A stretch of DNA of 64,000 nt from Faecousia sp. GTDB taxonomy: Bacteria > Bacillota > Clostridia > Oscillospirales > Oscillospiraceae. The notes beneath the pieces were generated by a model. The model was not told the origin of the DNA, did no database searches, and saw nothing but the letters and a program-made list of their open reading frames with translations. The position numbers were made by a program, and so were the translations under genes. The stretch lies in assembly GCA_045531675.1 (NCBI GenBank), contig JAZSEN010000057.1:10143-74142 (forward strand), read 5' to 3'. Shown here in pieces: positions 48,999 to 59,829 of the stretch. Numbering within the stretch: the first letter of the stretch is position 1; every line of letters starts with the position of its first letter.

Positions 48999-49829
48999 CT
49001 AAATCAAAAGGTATAAAACGAAAGAAAACAATGCCATACCCCAACTGTAGTAACAGATGGAGTAATAGCCTGCTTTCATGAAAAGGAATCGCATAAACAT
49101 AATTCCAAGATAGCCGCTGCCGCAGGCAACAACCGCGGCAAGGACCATCGTCAGAAGCATCAGCGCAGTAATGGTAGCTCCTGCTGCCACCACCGCATAA
49201 ATATCGATGCACAATAGCACCACCAGTACCGGCACAGAAACCAACAGCGAATATTCCAACAGTTGGGTTTGATCGCCCCCTCGCAGAATACCGGCTGTGA
49301 CCATAGCATTGATTCTTGATATGCCGGGAATCATCGCAAGAACACCGCCTAGGCCCATAATTAGGCTATCCAAGGGGCTCATCATACGGCTATCCTTGTT
49401 CCCGTGGGGCAGAATCCGTGGCAAAAACAAAAGAAAACCATTTAATACCAGTGTAAGTGACAATGCTGCAACGCCGGTAACCCAGGCGGCTGTGATGTGG
49501 TAGAAAAACAGGCTGATGAGTACAGGAATCATAGCCGCCTTCAGCATCCGGACCTCATGAATAGCGTTCATATCAAGATGCCGGTTCCGACGGCGACGGG
49601 TATTTCTCTCCTGTCTATCTGAACGAATCAGATACAAAAGCCGTTTGTTGCAAGCAAAAATAACAGCCAGCAATGCTCCAAGATGGATGCCCAGCGACAG
49701 TTGAGGATCGGAATAATCTGTTCCGGTCAATACCTCGTAAAGCATTAAATGCGGAAAAGCAGGAACAGAAAAAAACTCCGCAAATCCTGAAAACAAAGCA
49801 ATAATCAACTTATGCAAGATGCTTCTCAT
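48999..49829 (-). CDS. UppP/BacA-family membrane protein, degenerate active site
   Basis: HLGALLA and PGISR motifs present; canonical EFLPVSSxGH appears as EFFSVPAFPH. Confidence 0.7.
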   Translation of the reverse strand: MRSILHKLIIALFSGFAEFFSVPAFPHLMLYEVLTGTDYSDPQLSLGIHLGALLAVIFACNKRLLYLIRSDRQERNTRRRRNRHLDMNAIHEVRMLKAAMIPVLISLFFYHITAAWVTGVAALSLTLVLNGFLLFLPRILPHGNKDSRMMSPLDSLIMGLGGVLAMIPGISRINAMVTAGILRGGDQTQLLEYSLLVSVPVLVVLLCIDIYAVVAAGATITALMLLTMVLAAVVACGSGYLGIMFMRFLFMKAGYYSICYYSWGMALFSFVLYLLI

Positions 49830-49864
49830 GACGCAGGCACCCCCTCTCAATATGACTTATCCTA

Positions 49865-50581
49865 TCATATCACATTTCCCGAAGGATTTCCACCCTTTTC
49901 TTTTCCCTTTTTAATCATCTTGTGCAGCGCCGCAAGGGCATCGTTCAAGCCACCCAGCCTATCAATCAAGCCGGATGCCACTGCCTCTTTGCCATAAAGA
50001 ATGGTACCCACATCTGTAGCCATCTCACCGGTAGCCATCATATAATGTTCGAAATCCTTACGGGAGATTTTAGAGTTGGCGGTAACAAAGTCAGCGATTT
50101 GTTCCTGAATTCTCTGAAAATAACGGAAGGTCTGAGGTGCGCCAACAACTAAGCCTGTCATTCGTACCGGATGAACAGTCATACTGGCAGTTGGTGTAAT
50201 GAAACTCTTTTTGGTGCAAACAGCCAGCGGAATGCCAATTGAATGTCCGCCACCAAGAACCAGCGAAACGGTTGGTTTTTTCATGCCTGCAATCATTTCC
50301 GCAATAGCAAGCCCCGCCTCGATATCACCACCTACTGTATTGAGAAGCAGAAGCAAGCCATCAATATCCTCGCTTTCTTCAATCCCTGCAAGCAACGGAA
50401 GAACATGTTCATACTTTGTGGTTTTCACGTTCTCCGGTGCAACCTGATGACCCTCTACCTGACCGATAATGGTCAACGTATAAATGTTTCCTTGTACATT
50501 TTTTGTGATGTCAGAGCCGAGCTCTACAATCTGCTCCCGCTCTTCTTTTTTCATTTCAGCATCATTTCTATCAATCATCAT
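49865..50581 (-). CDS. tepA: Translocation-enhancing protein TepA (ClpP-like)
   Basis: IGQVEGH..KTTKYEH, LNTVGGD, GGGHSIG; upstream of ftsK/spoIIIE. Confidence 0.88.
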   Translation of the reverse strand: MMIDRNDAEMKKEEREQIVELGSDITKNVQGNIYTLTIIGQVEGHQVAPENVKTTKYEHVLPLLAGIEESEDIDGLLLLLNTVGGDIEAGLAIAEMIAGMKKPTVSLVLGGGHSIGIPLAVCTKKSFITPTASMTVHPVRMTGLVVGAPQTFRYFQRIQEQIADFVTANSKISRKDFEHYMMATGEMATDVGTILYGKEAVASGLIDRLGGLNDALAALHKMIKKGKEKGGNPSGNVI

Positions 50582-50680
50582 CTAACCTCCTGTGTTTTTT
50601 TATAGGATAACCCTTTTATTTGGTTACGATTCACTCTTGAATCCGCAGAAGATTTGAAGTATAATAGCCCCGGTGATAGA

Positions 50681-51154
50681 ATGGCTGATAAAACTAACGC
50701 CATACGGTTGGTACAACAAGCAAAAATAAACTGCCGTGAGGCGACCTATGATTATGACGAAAATGATTTGAGTGGCATCCACGCTGCCGAAGCTATTGGG
50801 ATGCCACCGGAGCAAGTATTCAAGACTTTGGTCGCCAGAGGCGACAGAACCGGAATCAATGTATTTTGCATTCCTGTTTGCTGCGAGCTTGATTTAAAAA
50901 AAGCGGCCAAAGCCACAGGAGATAAAAAAATGGATCTTGTCGCCGTGAAAGAACTTTTGGGACTGACCGGCTACATTCGTGGCGGTTGCAGTCCTGTAGG
51001 AATGAAGAAAAATTATCCCAGTTTTATCGACGAAACATGTATCCTGTGGGAGGAAATCGCAGTATCCGCCGGCGCCCGTGGACACCAGATGATTCTTGCT
51101 CCGGAAGCCCTTGTCCAGCTTGTAGGTGCTGAAATTATTGATATTATCCAATAG
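50681..51154 (+). CDS. ybaK: Cys-tRNA(Pro) deacylase YbaK
   Basis: KTNA.R, VFKTLV, TGYIRGGCSP, VSAG.RG. Confidence 0.93.
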   Translation: MADKTNAIRLVQQAKINCREATYDYDENDLSGIHAAEAIGMPPEQVFKTLVARGDRTGINVFCIPVCCELDLKKAAKATGDKKMDLVAVKELLGLTGYIRGGCSPVGMKKNYPSFIDETCILWEEIAVSAGARGHQMILAPEALVQLVGAEIIDIIQ

Positions 51155-51169
51155 AAAGGATTATTTATT

Positions 51170-51424
51170 ATGGAATTCACTTATAAAACCAGAGGCGTAT
51201 GCTCCCAGATGATTCGATTTGATGTTACTGATAATAAGGTCAGCAATGTCCAGTTCTTTGGAGGATGCAACGGCAACCTGAAGGGCATCGCATCCCTTGT
51301 GGATGGAATGGATATTGACGAGGTTATTACCCGCATTGAGGGTACAAAGTGTGGCATGAAGTCCACATCCTGCCCCGACCAGCTGGCGCAGGCATTGAAG
51401 CAGGCCAAAGAGGAGCAGGCATGA
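51170..51424 (+). CDS. Small TSCPD-domain protein (TIGR03905-like)
   Basis: GVCS, GGCNGN, C....TSCPDQ. Confidence 0.9.
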   Translation: MEFTYKTRGVCSQMIRFDVTDNKVSNVQFFGGCNGNLKGIASLVDGMDIDEVITRIEGTKCGMKSTSCPDQLAQALKQAKEEQA

Positions 51425-52722
51425 AGAAACTAATCTGTTCAATCCTTTGTGCTACTGTCTTGCTTTCATTAGCCGGTTGCAAGAAAGAGCCGTCCTCCGC
51501 TACCGGCGATAGTCCAGAAAGCACCATTCCGGATGATTTAAAAACATACATCAGCGATGCCGCTACAAATTCCGCCAGACAAACCAGCTTCCACATGAAC
51601 GGTTCTTATTACTGCGACGGCGTCGAAACCCAGTATGATTTGTATGCAAATGAATTCGGCACAGAGCAGATGAATTCCGGCGGCTCCATAGATAAGAATG
51701 GTATTGTAGAGATTTTTAATGTGACCGGCACCACATTCCATTGCCAAAAGGCCGATGCCGAAGGCCAGATTCAAGGATACACCGAAGTGCTGACCGACGT
51801 CTATACACAATGTGAAACTCTTGCAATGTGCAAATATATCCGTTCGTTGCCCGGCAACGATAGTATTCTTTCCGCCATCGACAGTAACGGAACCCTAAAA
51901 AATTCCAAGGGCATCAATATCATTACCGCCTCCCTGTCTAACGAGCAGCTTGTGTCCGTATATCCGGAAGAATTGAAAAATGAAAACATTAGCAATGCGG
52001 CCATCGAAATCTCTGTAAACAAAGATGGGTTCTGTAGCAGGATTTCCCTTTCATACCACATCGAAAACCGTTCTTGCAAATATGATTTTCAATTCAACCA
52101 ATATGGTGTACAGCAGAGCTTGGATTCTGTAACCGTAAAAGCGGTAAGCAGCGATACCTGGAATAAAGCATTCTCCCCTTCCAGCTTTGAGAACGTTACC
52201 ATCACGCGCTATTATGACGACAGAACAAAAGAAAACCCCAGCATACTGATGATTAATGGTGCTTGCAGTTCTAAAAACCTTAATCAAAGCTCTATCGCTT
52301 CAGACGGAAGCGTTACCAAAATTGAAGGTATGACATATTTCTATCAGTACGGCGCACAGTTTTTCCAATTGGAGCATGGTACATTTACAGACAGCAAGGG
52401 CAATAAAACACCCCATTACAAATTGATGCCCACAGAACACTTCAAAGGCGAAACCTCAGGCAGCTTTGCCTCATCCTTAAACGCATCCTTCAGCTTCAGC
52501 GGTCATTATGACGACTATACCTACGATGCTGAATCAGGCAGCTATACCGGCATTTCTTCGGATGACAAGTGGACCTATACCTACTGCCTGTCCTTTGCCA
52601 ACGGTCATATCGCATCCATTCATTGCTCCCAGAAAAATAACGAGACAGACGAAATCCAAACAATCCACTCTTACTACTTCACAGATTACGGAAATACCGA
52701 GATTGCAATCCCCACCAAATAA
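51421..52722 (+). CDS. Hypothetical lipoprotein (433 aa)
   Basis: MKK plus hydrophobic stretch and lipobox LAGC; GAGGAG RBS. Confidence 0.8.
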   Translation: MKKLICSILCATVLLSLAGCKKEPSSATGDSPESTIPDDLKTYISDAATNSARQTSFHMNGSYYCDGVETQYDLYANEFGTEQMNSGGSIDKNGIVEIFNVTGTTFHCQKADAEGQIQGYTEVLTDVYTQCETLAMCKYIRSLPGNDSILSAIDSNGTLKNSKGINIITASLSNEQLVSVYPEELKNENISNAAIEISVNKDGFCSRISLSYHIENRSCKYDFQFNQYGVQQSLDSVTVKAVSSDTWNKAFSPSSFENVTITRYYDDRTKENPSILMINGACSSKNLNQSSIASDGSVTKIEGMTYFYQYGAQFFQLEHGTFTDSKGNKTPHYKLMPTEHFKGETSGSFASSLNASFSFSGHYDDYTYDAESGSYTGISSDDKWTYTYCLSFANGHIASIHCSQKNNETDEIQTIHSYYFTDYGNTEIAIPTK

Positions 52723-52724
52723 AC

Positions 52725-52753
52725 AACAGCCCACAGCTTAGCTGTGGGCTGTT
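52725..52753. terminator. Terminator hairpin between convergent genes
   Basis: AACAGCCCACAGC-TTA-GCTGTGGGCTGTT. Confidence 0.8.
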
Positions 52754-52759
52754 ATATTA

Positions 52760-53341
52760 TTAATTGACTGTGTTCAGGATATACTTAACCAGAATATCCT
52801 TTCCATCGCCTTTTTCTGCTGAAAAAGAGATAATCGGGCACTCTTCAGGCAATTCCAAGTCCTGACGGATGGTGTCAATGGTAGAAGAAATCTGGCTTTT
52901 CTTCACCTTATCCAGCTTGTTGGCAACCACCACAAAGGGGCAGCCGCTTTCAATGAACCAGCGAGCCATAGTGATATCATTGTTGGTCGGAGCATGTCGA
53001 TGATCAACAATCAAAATACCCAAATCGATACGATTGGCAGCAAAATAATCTTCCATTAGTCTGCCCCACCGCTCTTTTTCTTTTTGAGAAACCTGAGCAT
53101 AGCCATAGCCCGGCAAATCAACAAAATAGCAGGCTTTATCAACGGTAAAGTAGTTAACGTGTATGGTCTTACCGGGTTTTTCGCCAACGCGGGCAAAGTT
53201 TTTCCGGTTCAGAATACGATTAATTACCGAGGACTTACCAACATTGGACTTACCTGCAAAAGCAATTTCAGGAAGACGGTCTTTAGGAAAATCCTTTGGT
53301 GCCGCGGCAGAAATCAAGAATTCCACATTATGAAGATTCAT
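52760..53341 (-). CDS. engB: Ribosome biogenesis GTPase YihA/YsxC
   Basis: GKSNVGKSS, PGKT, DLPGYG, NKLDK. Confidence 0.95.
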   Translation of the reverse strand: MNLHNVEFLISAAAPKDFPKDRLPEIAFAGKSNVGKSSVINRILNRKNFARVGEKPGKTIHVNYFTVDKACYFVDLPGYGYAQVSQKEKERWGRLMEDYFAANRIDLGILIVDHRHAPTNNDITMARWFIESGCPFVVVANKLDKVKKSQISSTIDTIRQDLELPEECPIISFSAEKGDGKDILVKYILNTVN

Positions 53342-53352
53342 GCCTTCCCTCC

Positions 53353-55758
53353 TTACTGGCAAATGCCGGTCTGGCAAGGTCGAACATCATTCCCAATCGA
53401 ACCAAGCAACGCAGGAATCGGTTCTGCACTGGGCTTCAGCGCAACCTGCAGTACTGTATCAATTGTTTTTGCGGTAACAAAATTCAAAGAATTACGCACA
53501 GTCTGGTCGATTTCTTCCAAATCGCGACGGTTATCTTCCGGGATAATTACAGTCGAGACACCGTGGCGCAACGCAGCCATAGTCTTTTCCTTCAAACCGC
53601 CAATGGGCAATACACGACCACGAATAGATACTTCACCGGTCATCGCCACATCACGACGGACAGGCGTATTGGTCAGTGCAGAAATCATCGCTGTGGTCAC
53701 CGTCACACCGGCGGAGGGTCCGTCCTTGGGTACAGCACCCGCAGGGAAATGTACATGAATATCTCTGGTTTTGTAGAAATCAGTTGGAATCCCAAGTTTA
53801 TGGGCATTGGCGCGAATATAGCTCAACGCAGCATGGGCAGATTCCTTCATCACATCGCCAAGATTGCCGGTCAACTCCAACTTTCCTGTGCCATCCATAA
53901 CATTGACTTCAACCTCAAGTGTTTCGCCGCCAAACGCCGTCCAGGCAAGTCCGGTCACAAGACCAATCTGATCATCTTCAGACAGATGATCCGGCAAGTA
54001 TTTGCGCACGCCCAAGAATTTTTCTACATTTTCCGGTGTAACAGAAACCTTTTTGAGGTTCTCATCCTCTAGTAACCACCGGTCGGACTTGCGACAAATA
54101 TCAGCAAAGCACCGCTCCAGATTACGTACGCCGGACTCACGGGTGTAGCAGGAGATGATTTCACGGATGGCATCGTTAGACACTTTCAGTTGCGTCTTTT
54201 TCAATCCGTGCTTGTTGATTTGCTTCGGAATCAGATGATTCCTGGCAATCATCAGCTTCTCTTCATCCGTATAGGAATTCAGCTCGATAACTTCCATCCT
54301 ATCCAACAACGGACGAGGCACCGTATCGAGAGTATTGGCTGTGGTAATAAACATCACATCAGAAAGGTCAAAGGGAATCTCCAGATAATGACCGCGGTAG
54401 GTTTTGTTCTGCACAGCATCCAGCACCTCTAGAAGCGCCGCGCTTGGATCGCCCCGATGGTCAGCACCCATCTTATCAATTTCATCCAGAAGAAGCAAGG
54501 GATTCATACTGCCCGCCTGCGTCATAGCCGTCATAATTCGGCCGGGCATAGCACCGATGTACGTCTTTCTATGACCGCGGATATCCGCTTCATCGCGAAC
54601 ACCGCCCAAAGAAATCCGTGCCAGCTTTCGATTCAGAGCACGAGCAATGGAATAGGCAATGGACGTTTTACCAACACCGGGCGGTCCAACCAGACACAGA
54701 ATCTGGGGAGGCATCTGAGGCGCCATCTGTCGGACAGCAATGGCTTCGAGAATTCGTTCCTTCACCTTTTCCAATCCAAAATGATCTTTTTCAAGAACTT
54801 TGGAGGCAGCATCTACGTTAATCCGCTCTTTTGTGCGCTTGTTCCAGGGTAAATCCAACACTGTATCCAGATAATTACGCAGCACAGCCGCTTCAGCAGA
54901 ACCAAAGGGTTGTTTTTTCAGCCTTTCCAAATCCTTGCGGAGCTTATTCTCAGAATCCTCCTCCAGATTCAAAAGCAAAATCTTACGCTCATACTCAGCA
55001 AACTCCTGCAATTCATCATCTTCACCCAGTTCCTCTCGAATGACCTTCAGTTTTTCACGAAGGAAGTATTCCTTCTGATGCTGATCGATATGCTCGTGGG
55101 TTCTGGACTGGATATCCTCACTGATTTGGGCCATTTGAATCTCACGATTAAGCAGCCGCAATGTTTTTTCCAGACGGCGAACAGGATTCAAATCGCAAAG
55201 CAGTTTCGCTTTATCAGGAAAATCAAAGCCGGAATTTTGTGCAATAGCATCCGCAATCAATGCCGAATCCGTGGACGTCATAATGCGAAGCATCACATTT
55301 TGCCCCGGAAAATCTGACACCTCCAGATAGGCGCCATATGCGCCGATACCTTCACGGCAAAGGGCATGATTCCGTGGGGAATCGACCACTTCCGTAGCGG
55401 GAATGGAGGATATATCTGCACTCAAATAAGGCTCACGTTGAAGCAACTGAGAAATTCTGCCCCGGCAAATACCGCTGACAAGAACACGAACGGCACCGTC
55501 CTGAGGACGCAGGACCTGCTTGACCTTCGCAACCGTTCCAACCGAATAAAGGTCTTCCAAATCAGGATCATCTGTCATGATATCCTTCTGAGGAATCAAA
55601 AAAATGTGCCGGTCAGAATTCATCGCCTGTTCCAAAGCTCTGACAGACTTACTGCGTCCTACATCGAAATGTACGGACTGACCGGGAAACACAACCATGC
55701 CACGCATGGCCATTACCGGCAAAATGCCGGAATAGAGTTTTTCGCCCATACTGCTCAC
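53353..55758 (-). CDS. lon: Lon protease
   Basis: GPPGVGKT, DEIDK, KDGPSAG, IGGLKEK. Confidence 0.96.
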   Translation of the reverse strand: MSSMGEKLYSGILPVMAMRGMVVFPGQSVHFDVGRSKSVRALEQAMNSDRHIFLIPQKDIMTDDPDLEDLYSVGTVAKVKQVLRPQDGAVRVLVSGICRGRISQLLQREPYLSADISSIPATEVVDSPRNHALCREGIGAYGAYLEVSDFPGQNVMLRIMTSTDSALIADAIAQNSGFDFPDKAKLLCDLNPVRRLEKTLRLLNREIQMAQISEDIQSRTHEHIDQHQKEYFLREKLKVIREELGEDDELQEFAEYERKILLLNLEEDSENKLRKDLERLKKQPFGSAEAAVLRNYLDTVLDLPWNKRTKERINVDAASKVLEKDHFGLEKVKERILEAIAVRQMAPQMPPQILCLVGPPGVGKTSIAYSIARALNRKLARISLGGVRDEADIRGHRKTYIGAMPGRIMTAMTQAGSMNPLLLLDEIDKMGADHRGDPSAALLEVLDAVQNKTYRGHYLEIPFDLSDVMFITTANTLDTVPRPLLDRMEVIELNSYTDEEKLMIARNHLIPKQINKHGLKKTQLKVSNDAIREIISCYTRESGVRNLERCFADICRKSDRWLLEDENLKKVSVTPENVEKFLGVRKYLPDHLSEDDQIGLVTGLAWTAFGGETLEVEVNVMDGTGKLELTGNLGDVMKESAHAALSYIRANAHKLGIPTDFYKTRDIHVHFPAGAVPKDGPSAGVTVTTAMISALTNTPVRRDVAMTGEVSIRGRVLPIGGLKEKTMAALRHGVSTVIIPEDNRRDLEEIDQTVRNSLNFVTAKTIDTVLQVALKPSAEPIPALLGSIGNDVRPCQTGICQ

Positions 55759-55809
55759 CTTCCTTCGTATTGGACGAATAAGGGGGTAGAAAAACTACCC
55801 CCTTATTGA

Positions 55810-57063
55810 TTATTTCTTCTTTTTTGTGCGGGGAGCCTCGGGGTCTCGTTCAATTAACGGCTCTCCACCCTGAATACATTCAGGTGTGATAGTAACCTTG
55901 CGGATGGTCAAATCCGAAGGAATGGTATACATGATTTTCGTCATGGACTTTTCCATAACAGCACGCAAACCTCTGGCACCGATTTGCCGGTCGATTGCTT
56001 TCTGGGCAACCTCCTCGAGAGCCTCAGGTTGGATTTCCAATTCCACGTCATCCATCTCAAGCAGTTTCTGATATTGCTTGGTCAGGGCGTTTTTGGGCTC
56101 AACAAGAATCCGAACCAAATCTTCTTTTTTAAGGCTCTCCATGCAGGTAATCACCGGCAAACGACCTACCAGCTCCGGAATGATGCCGAATTTCAGCAAG
56201 TCGTGAGGTTCCACCTGTGCAAGAATCTTGCCCACATCCCGATTCTTACGGCTCTCCACCGGCGCATCAAAGCCGATGGCAGACTTATCAGTACGGGCTT
56301 CGATAATCTTTTCCAGACCGTCAAAAGCACCGCCGCAAATAAATAGGATATTGGTAGTGTCCACACGGATGGTCTCCTGCTGGGGATGTTTGCGTCCTCC
56401 CTGAGGCGGAACATTGGCAATCGTACCCTCAAGGATTTTTAGAAGTGCCTGCTGGACACCCTCGCCGGAAACATCACGGGTGATGGAAGTATTCTCGCTT
56501 TTGCGAGCAATCTTATCCATCTCATCGATGTAAATGATGCCCCGCTCCGCCAACTCCACATCGAAATCCGCCGCCTGAAGCAGACGAACCAGAATGTTTT
56601 CTACGTCATCGCCCACATAACCGGCCTCTGTCAAAGTGGTCGCATCGGCAATTGCAAAAGGCACATTCAAAATCTTGGCAAGAGTCTGCGCAAATAGAGT
56701 CTTACCGGATCCGGTGGGACCAATCAAAAGAATATTGCTCTTCTGAAGTTCCACATCGGAGCTGGCATTCAGATTAATGCGCTTATAATGGTTGTATACT
56801 GCTACGGACAGTGCAATTTTCGCTTCTTCCTGACCAACAATGTAACCGTCCATGAAGTCTTTAATCTCCATGGGGGTGGGCAGGGATTCCAGACCAGGAA
56901 TACCGGAATTACGTTCCTCTTCAATATCCAGCAACAATTCGCTGCAGGCCTGAACGCAATCGCCGCAAATATAGACACCGGGTCCGGCAATCATCTGCAC
57001 CTGTCCCTCCCGCTTACCGCAGAAGGAACAGCGGATAGGCTGCTGTTCTTCATGATTCGCCAT
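55810..57063 (-). CDS. clpX: Clp protease ATPase subunit ClpX
   Basis: CSFC zinc finger, [21 protein letters not shown] loop. Confidence 0.97.
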   Translation of the reverse strand: MANHEEQQPIRCSFCGKREGQVQMIAGPGVYICGDCVQACSELLLDIEEERNSGIPGLESLPTPMEIKDFMDGYIVGQEEAKIALSVAVYNHYKRINLNASSDVELQKSNILLIGPTGSGKTLFAQTLAKILNVPFAIADATTLTEAGYVGDDVENILVRLLQAADFDVELAERGIIYIDEMDKIARKSENTSITRDVSGEGVQQALLKILEGTIANVPPQGGRKHPQQETIRVDTTNILFICGGAFDGLEKIIEARTDKSAIGFDAPVESRKNRDVGKILAQVEPHDLLKFGIIPELVGRLPVITCMESLKKEDLVRILVEPKNALTKQYQKLLEMDDVELEIQPEALEEVAQKAIDRQIGARGLRAVMEKSMTKIMYTIPSDLTIRKVTITPECIQGGEPLIERDPEAPRTKKKK

Positions 57064-57087
57064 GGTGCGGATGCCTGCCTTTCTTTA

Positions 57088-57669
57088 TCAATGACGGTCC
57101 AGAACCCGATCAATCAGACCAAAGGACTGCGCTTCCTCGGCAGTCATAAAGTTGTCGCGCTCGCAAGCATCGGTAACTTCTTCGATGGATTTGCCGGTAT
57201 TCTCAGCAAGGATGCGGTTCATACGTTCCTTGATGGTCTGCAGGCGCTTCATGTGAATCGCCATATCAGTAATCTGACCCTGCGTACCGGCGCTGGGCTG
57301 ATGAATCATGATTTCGGAATTAGGAAGCGCCATACGCTTGCCCTTGGCACCTGCGGATAGCAGGAATGCGCCCATAGAGGCGGCCATGCCGACACAAATC
57401 GTGGCCACATCGCACTTGATGTACTGCATGGTGTCGTAGATGGCCATACCTGCGGTCACACTGCCGCCGGGGCTGTTGATATAAAACTGAATATCCTTAT
57501 CCGGATCCTGAGCCTCCAGATACAGAAGCTGAGCAACGATAAGACTTGCAGTAGCATCGTTGACCTCCTCGGACAGGAAAATGATGCGATCGTTCAGCAG
57601 ACGGGAGAAAATATCGTAGCTGCGCTCGCCGCGGCTGGTCTGCTCAACAACATAGGGAATCAAAGCCAT
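57088..57669 (-). CDS. clpP: Clp protease proteolytic subunit
   Basis: [30 protein letters not shown]. Confidence 0.97.
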   Translation of the reverse strand: MALIPYVVEQTSRGERSYDIFSRLLNDRIIFLSEEVNDATASLIVAQLLYLEAQDPDKDIQFYINSPGGSVTAGMAIYDTMQYIKCDVATICVGMAASMGAFLLSAGAKGKRMALPNSEIMIHQPSAGTQGQITDMAIHMKRLQTIKERMNRILAENTGKSIEEVTDACERDNFMTAEEAQSFGLIDRVLDRH

Positions 57670-57736
57670 GGTGATGTCTCCTTTCATAGGGCTTGAAACA
57701 TTCTAACCATCAAAGAGGAAGCTTATTCCTCAATTA

Positions 57737-59029
57737 TTATTCTGCCTTGGGCGCGACAGCAACGGCGTTGTCAACGATAACCTTGACAGCCTTGCGGGTC
57801 TTGAGGCTGGCAGTGATTTCCTCAACGGGAACCATGGACTTAACCTTGTCCAGCTCCAGCTGATACTGGGCGGCCAGAGACTCCAGCTCGGCGTTGATTT
57901 CATCCTCGGAAACCTCGATGCCCTCGACCTCGCCAATCTTCTCCAGAGTGACGTTGATCTTTGCCTGCTTCTCAGCAGCGGGGCGGAAGGCATTGCGCAT
58001 GGTGTTGACATCGCCACCCATCATCTTGGCGTACTGCTCCATGGAGTAGCCGCTCATCTGCAGCTGGTAGCCAAAACGCTCCATCTGAGTGTCCAGCTCA
58101 GCCTCAATCAGGGCCTTAGGCATATCAACTGTGGTATTCTCGGCAGCCTTCTCAACACAGGCCTGCTCGAAAGCGGAATCAGCCTGCTTCTGAGCGGACT
58201 CCAGAGCCTTGGCGCGAACATCGGCCTTCAACTCCTCCAGAGTATCGAACTCAGAAACATCCTTGGCAAACTCATCATCCTGAGTGGGAACCACAGTCTC
58301 TGTGACCTTGTTCAGCTTAACATGGAAAACCACAGGCTTGCCAGCCAGCTCAGCATGGTAGTCCTCGGGGAAGGTGATGTCGATATCCTTCTCCTCGCCG
58401 GCGGTCATGCCAACAATCTGCTCTTCAAAACCGGGGACAAAGGAACCGGAGCCCAGCTTCAAATCGAAGTTGTCACCCTTGCCACCATCGAAGGGAACGC
58501 CATTATCGAAGCCTTCAAAATCAATATTGGCGGTGTCACCAATCTGAGCGGCGCGGTCCACAGTCTCGGTGGAAGCAACATTCTGAGCCATGCGATCCAG
58601 TTCTGCCTGAACCTGCTCGTCGGTAACAGAAACCTCGGCCTTCTCAACCTCCAGTCCCTTGTAATCGCCCAGAGTGACCTCGGGGTAAACGTCGGTGGAG
58701 ATAGTGATGGTAACGATACCATCATCGCTGATGTTCATATCAGTCAGGCTGGGACGGCCAATGGCCTTCAGGTCCTGCTTAACAACAGCTTCCTCGTAAA
58801 CCTCGGGGAAGATTTCCTCCAGACCATCTTCGTAGAAGACGTGAGCGCCGTACAGAGCCTCAATCATCTTACGAGGAGTCTTACCCTTACGGAAGCCGGG
58901 GATTTGAATCTGCTTGCGGGCCTTCATGTAAGCGGCATTAACGCCCTTCTCCATCAGGTCCTTTTCGATTTCGATGGTGATGTTGGCCTGATTGCCGTTC
59001 TTTTCGATGTTCTTCACATTCATTTTCAT
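57737..59029 (-). CDS. tig: Trigger factor
   Basis: IPGFRKGK, FKBP domain FVPGFEEQ. Confidence 0.97.
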   Translation of the reverse strand: MKMNVKNIEKNGNQANITIEIEKDLMEKGVNAAYMKARKQIQIPGFRKGKTPRKMIEALYGAHVFYEDGLEEIFPEVYEEAVVKQDLKAIGRPSLTDMNISDDGIVTITISTDVYPEVTLGDYKGLEVEKAEVSVTDEQVQAELDRMAQNVASTETVDRAAQIGDTANIDFEGFDNGVPFDGGKGDNFDLKLGSGSFVPGFEEQIVGMTAGEEKDIDITFPEDYHAELAGKPVVFHVKLNKVTETVVPTQDDEFAKDVSEFDTLEELKADVRAKALESAQKQADSAFEQACVEKAAENTTVDMPKALIEAELDTQMERFGYQLQMSGYSMEQYAKMMGGDVNTMRNAFRPAAEKQAKINVTLEKIGEVEGIEVSEDEINAELESLAAQYQLELDKVKSMVPVEEITASLKTRKAVKVIVDNAVAVAPKAE

Positions 59030-59137
59030 GTTCCTCCTAGATCAGTCCGCGTTACGCGGAGATAAAGTACATAGTTTGCAACTGTAGTATTTTAGCAAAG
59101 AAACTGCGAATTGTCCACTATTATTTTATATATTTCT

Positions 59138-59827
59138 TTAATCAGATACAAGAAATGGCTGAAAATCCAAAAAATCGGCAGAAACAAGCCGAAATTCTAT
59201 ACCATCCCACAAACCTTCCATGGCCAACTTGTGGCTTGGGCCGTGGAGATGTCCGTAAAAACAGCGACGTACCTCATATTTTTGCAACAGGTCAAGGATT
59301 TCATCGCACTGATAACCCTTGTAGCGGGGAGGATAATGAAGAAATACTGTTTTCGGCAACTCCCCTGCCGACTTCAGCGATGCCTCCAGGCGAAGCAATT
59401 CCCGCTTAAACACCTTTTCGTCATGGTCCCCGGAACGTTCCTCTTCAAAAAACCAGCCTCTTGTGCCGCAAATGGCCATGCCCTTGTATTCGAAATGATT
59501 GTTGTTCAAGATAAACTGGTCCGAGAACTCGTTTTCTTCGCAGAATTTGTAGAACTTTGCGGCGGTGCTCCACCAGTAATCGTGATTACCCTTGAGGATG
59601 ATTTTTCTTCCGGGGATTTGGTTGATCCACGCAAAGTCCTCCTTCGCGCCGGTCAAATCCAACGCCCAGCTTAAATCGCCCAACAGCACAGTGGTATCCT
59701 CCGGACCGATGACAGAAAGGCCCTGCCGCAATTTATCCATATACCCCACCCAGTTGCCGCCAAACACATCCATAGGCTTTTCGGCCCCAAGGCTCAAATG
59801 TAAATCACCGATTGCGTATAATGCCAT
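59138..59827 (-). CDS. Metallophosphoesterase
   Basis: DLH, GD, GNHD, H.PP, GHLH. Confidence 0.9.
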   Translation of the reverse strand: MALYAIGDLHLSLGAEKPMDVFGGNWVGYMDKLRQGLSVIGPEDTTVLLGDLSWALDLTGAKEDFAWINQIPGRKIILKGNHDYWWSTAAKFYKFCEENEFSDQFILNNNHFEYKGMAICGTRGWFFEEERSGDHDEKVFKRELLRLEASLKSAGELPKTVFLHYPPRYKGYQCDEILDLLQKYEVRRCFYGHLHGPSHKLAMEGLWDGIEFRLVSADFLDFQPFLVSD

Positions 59828-59829
59828 GG

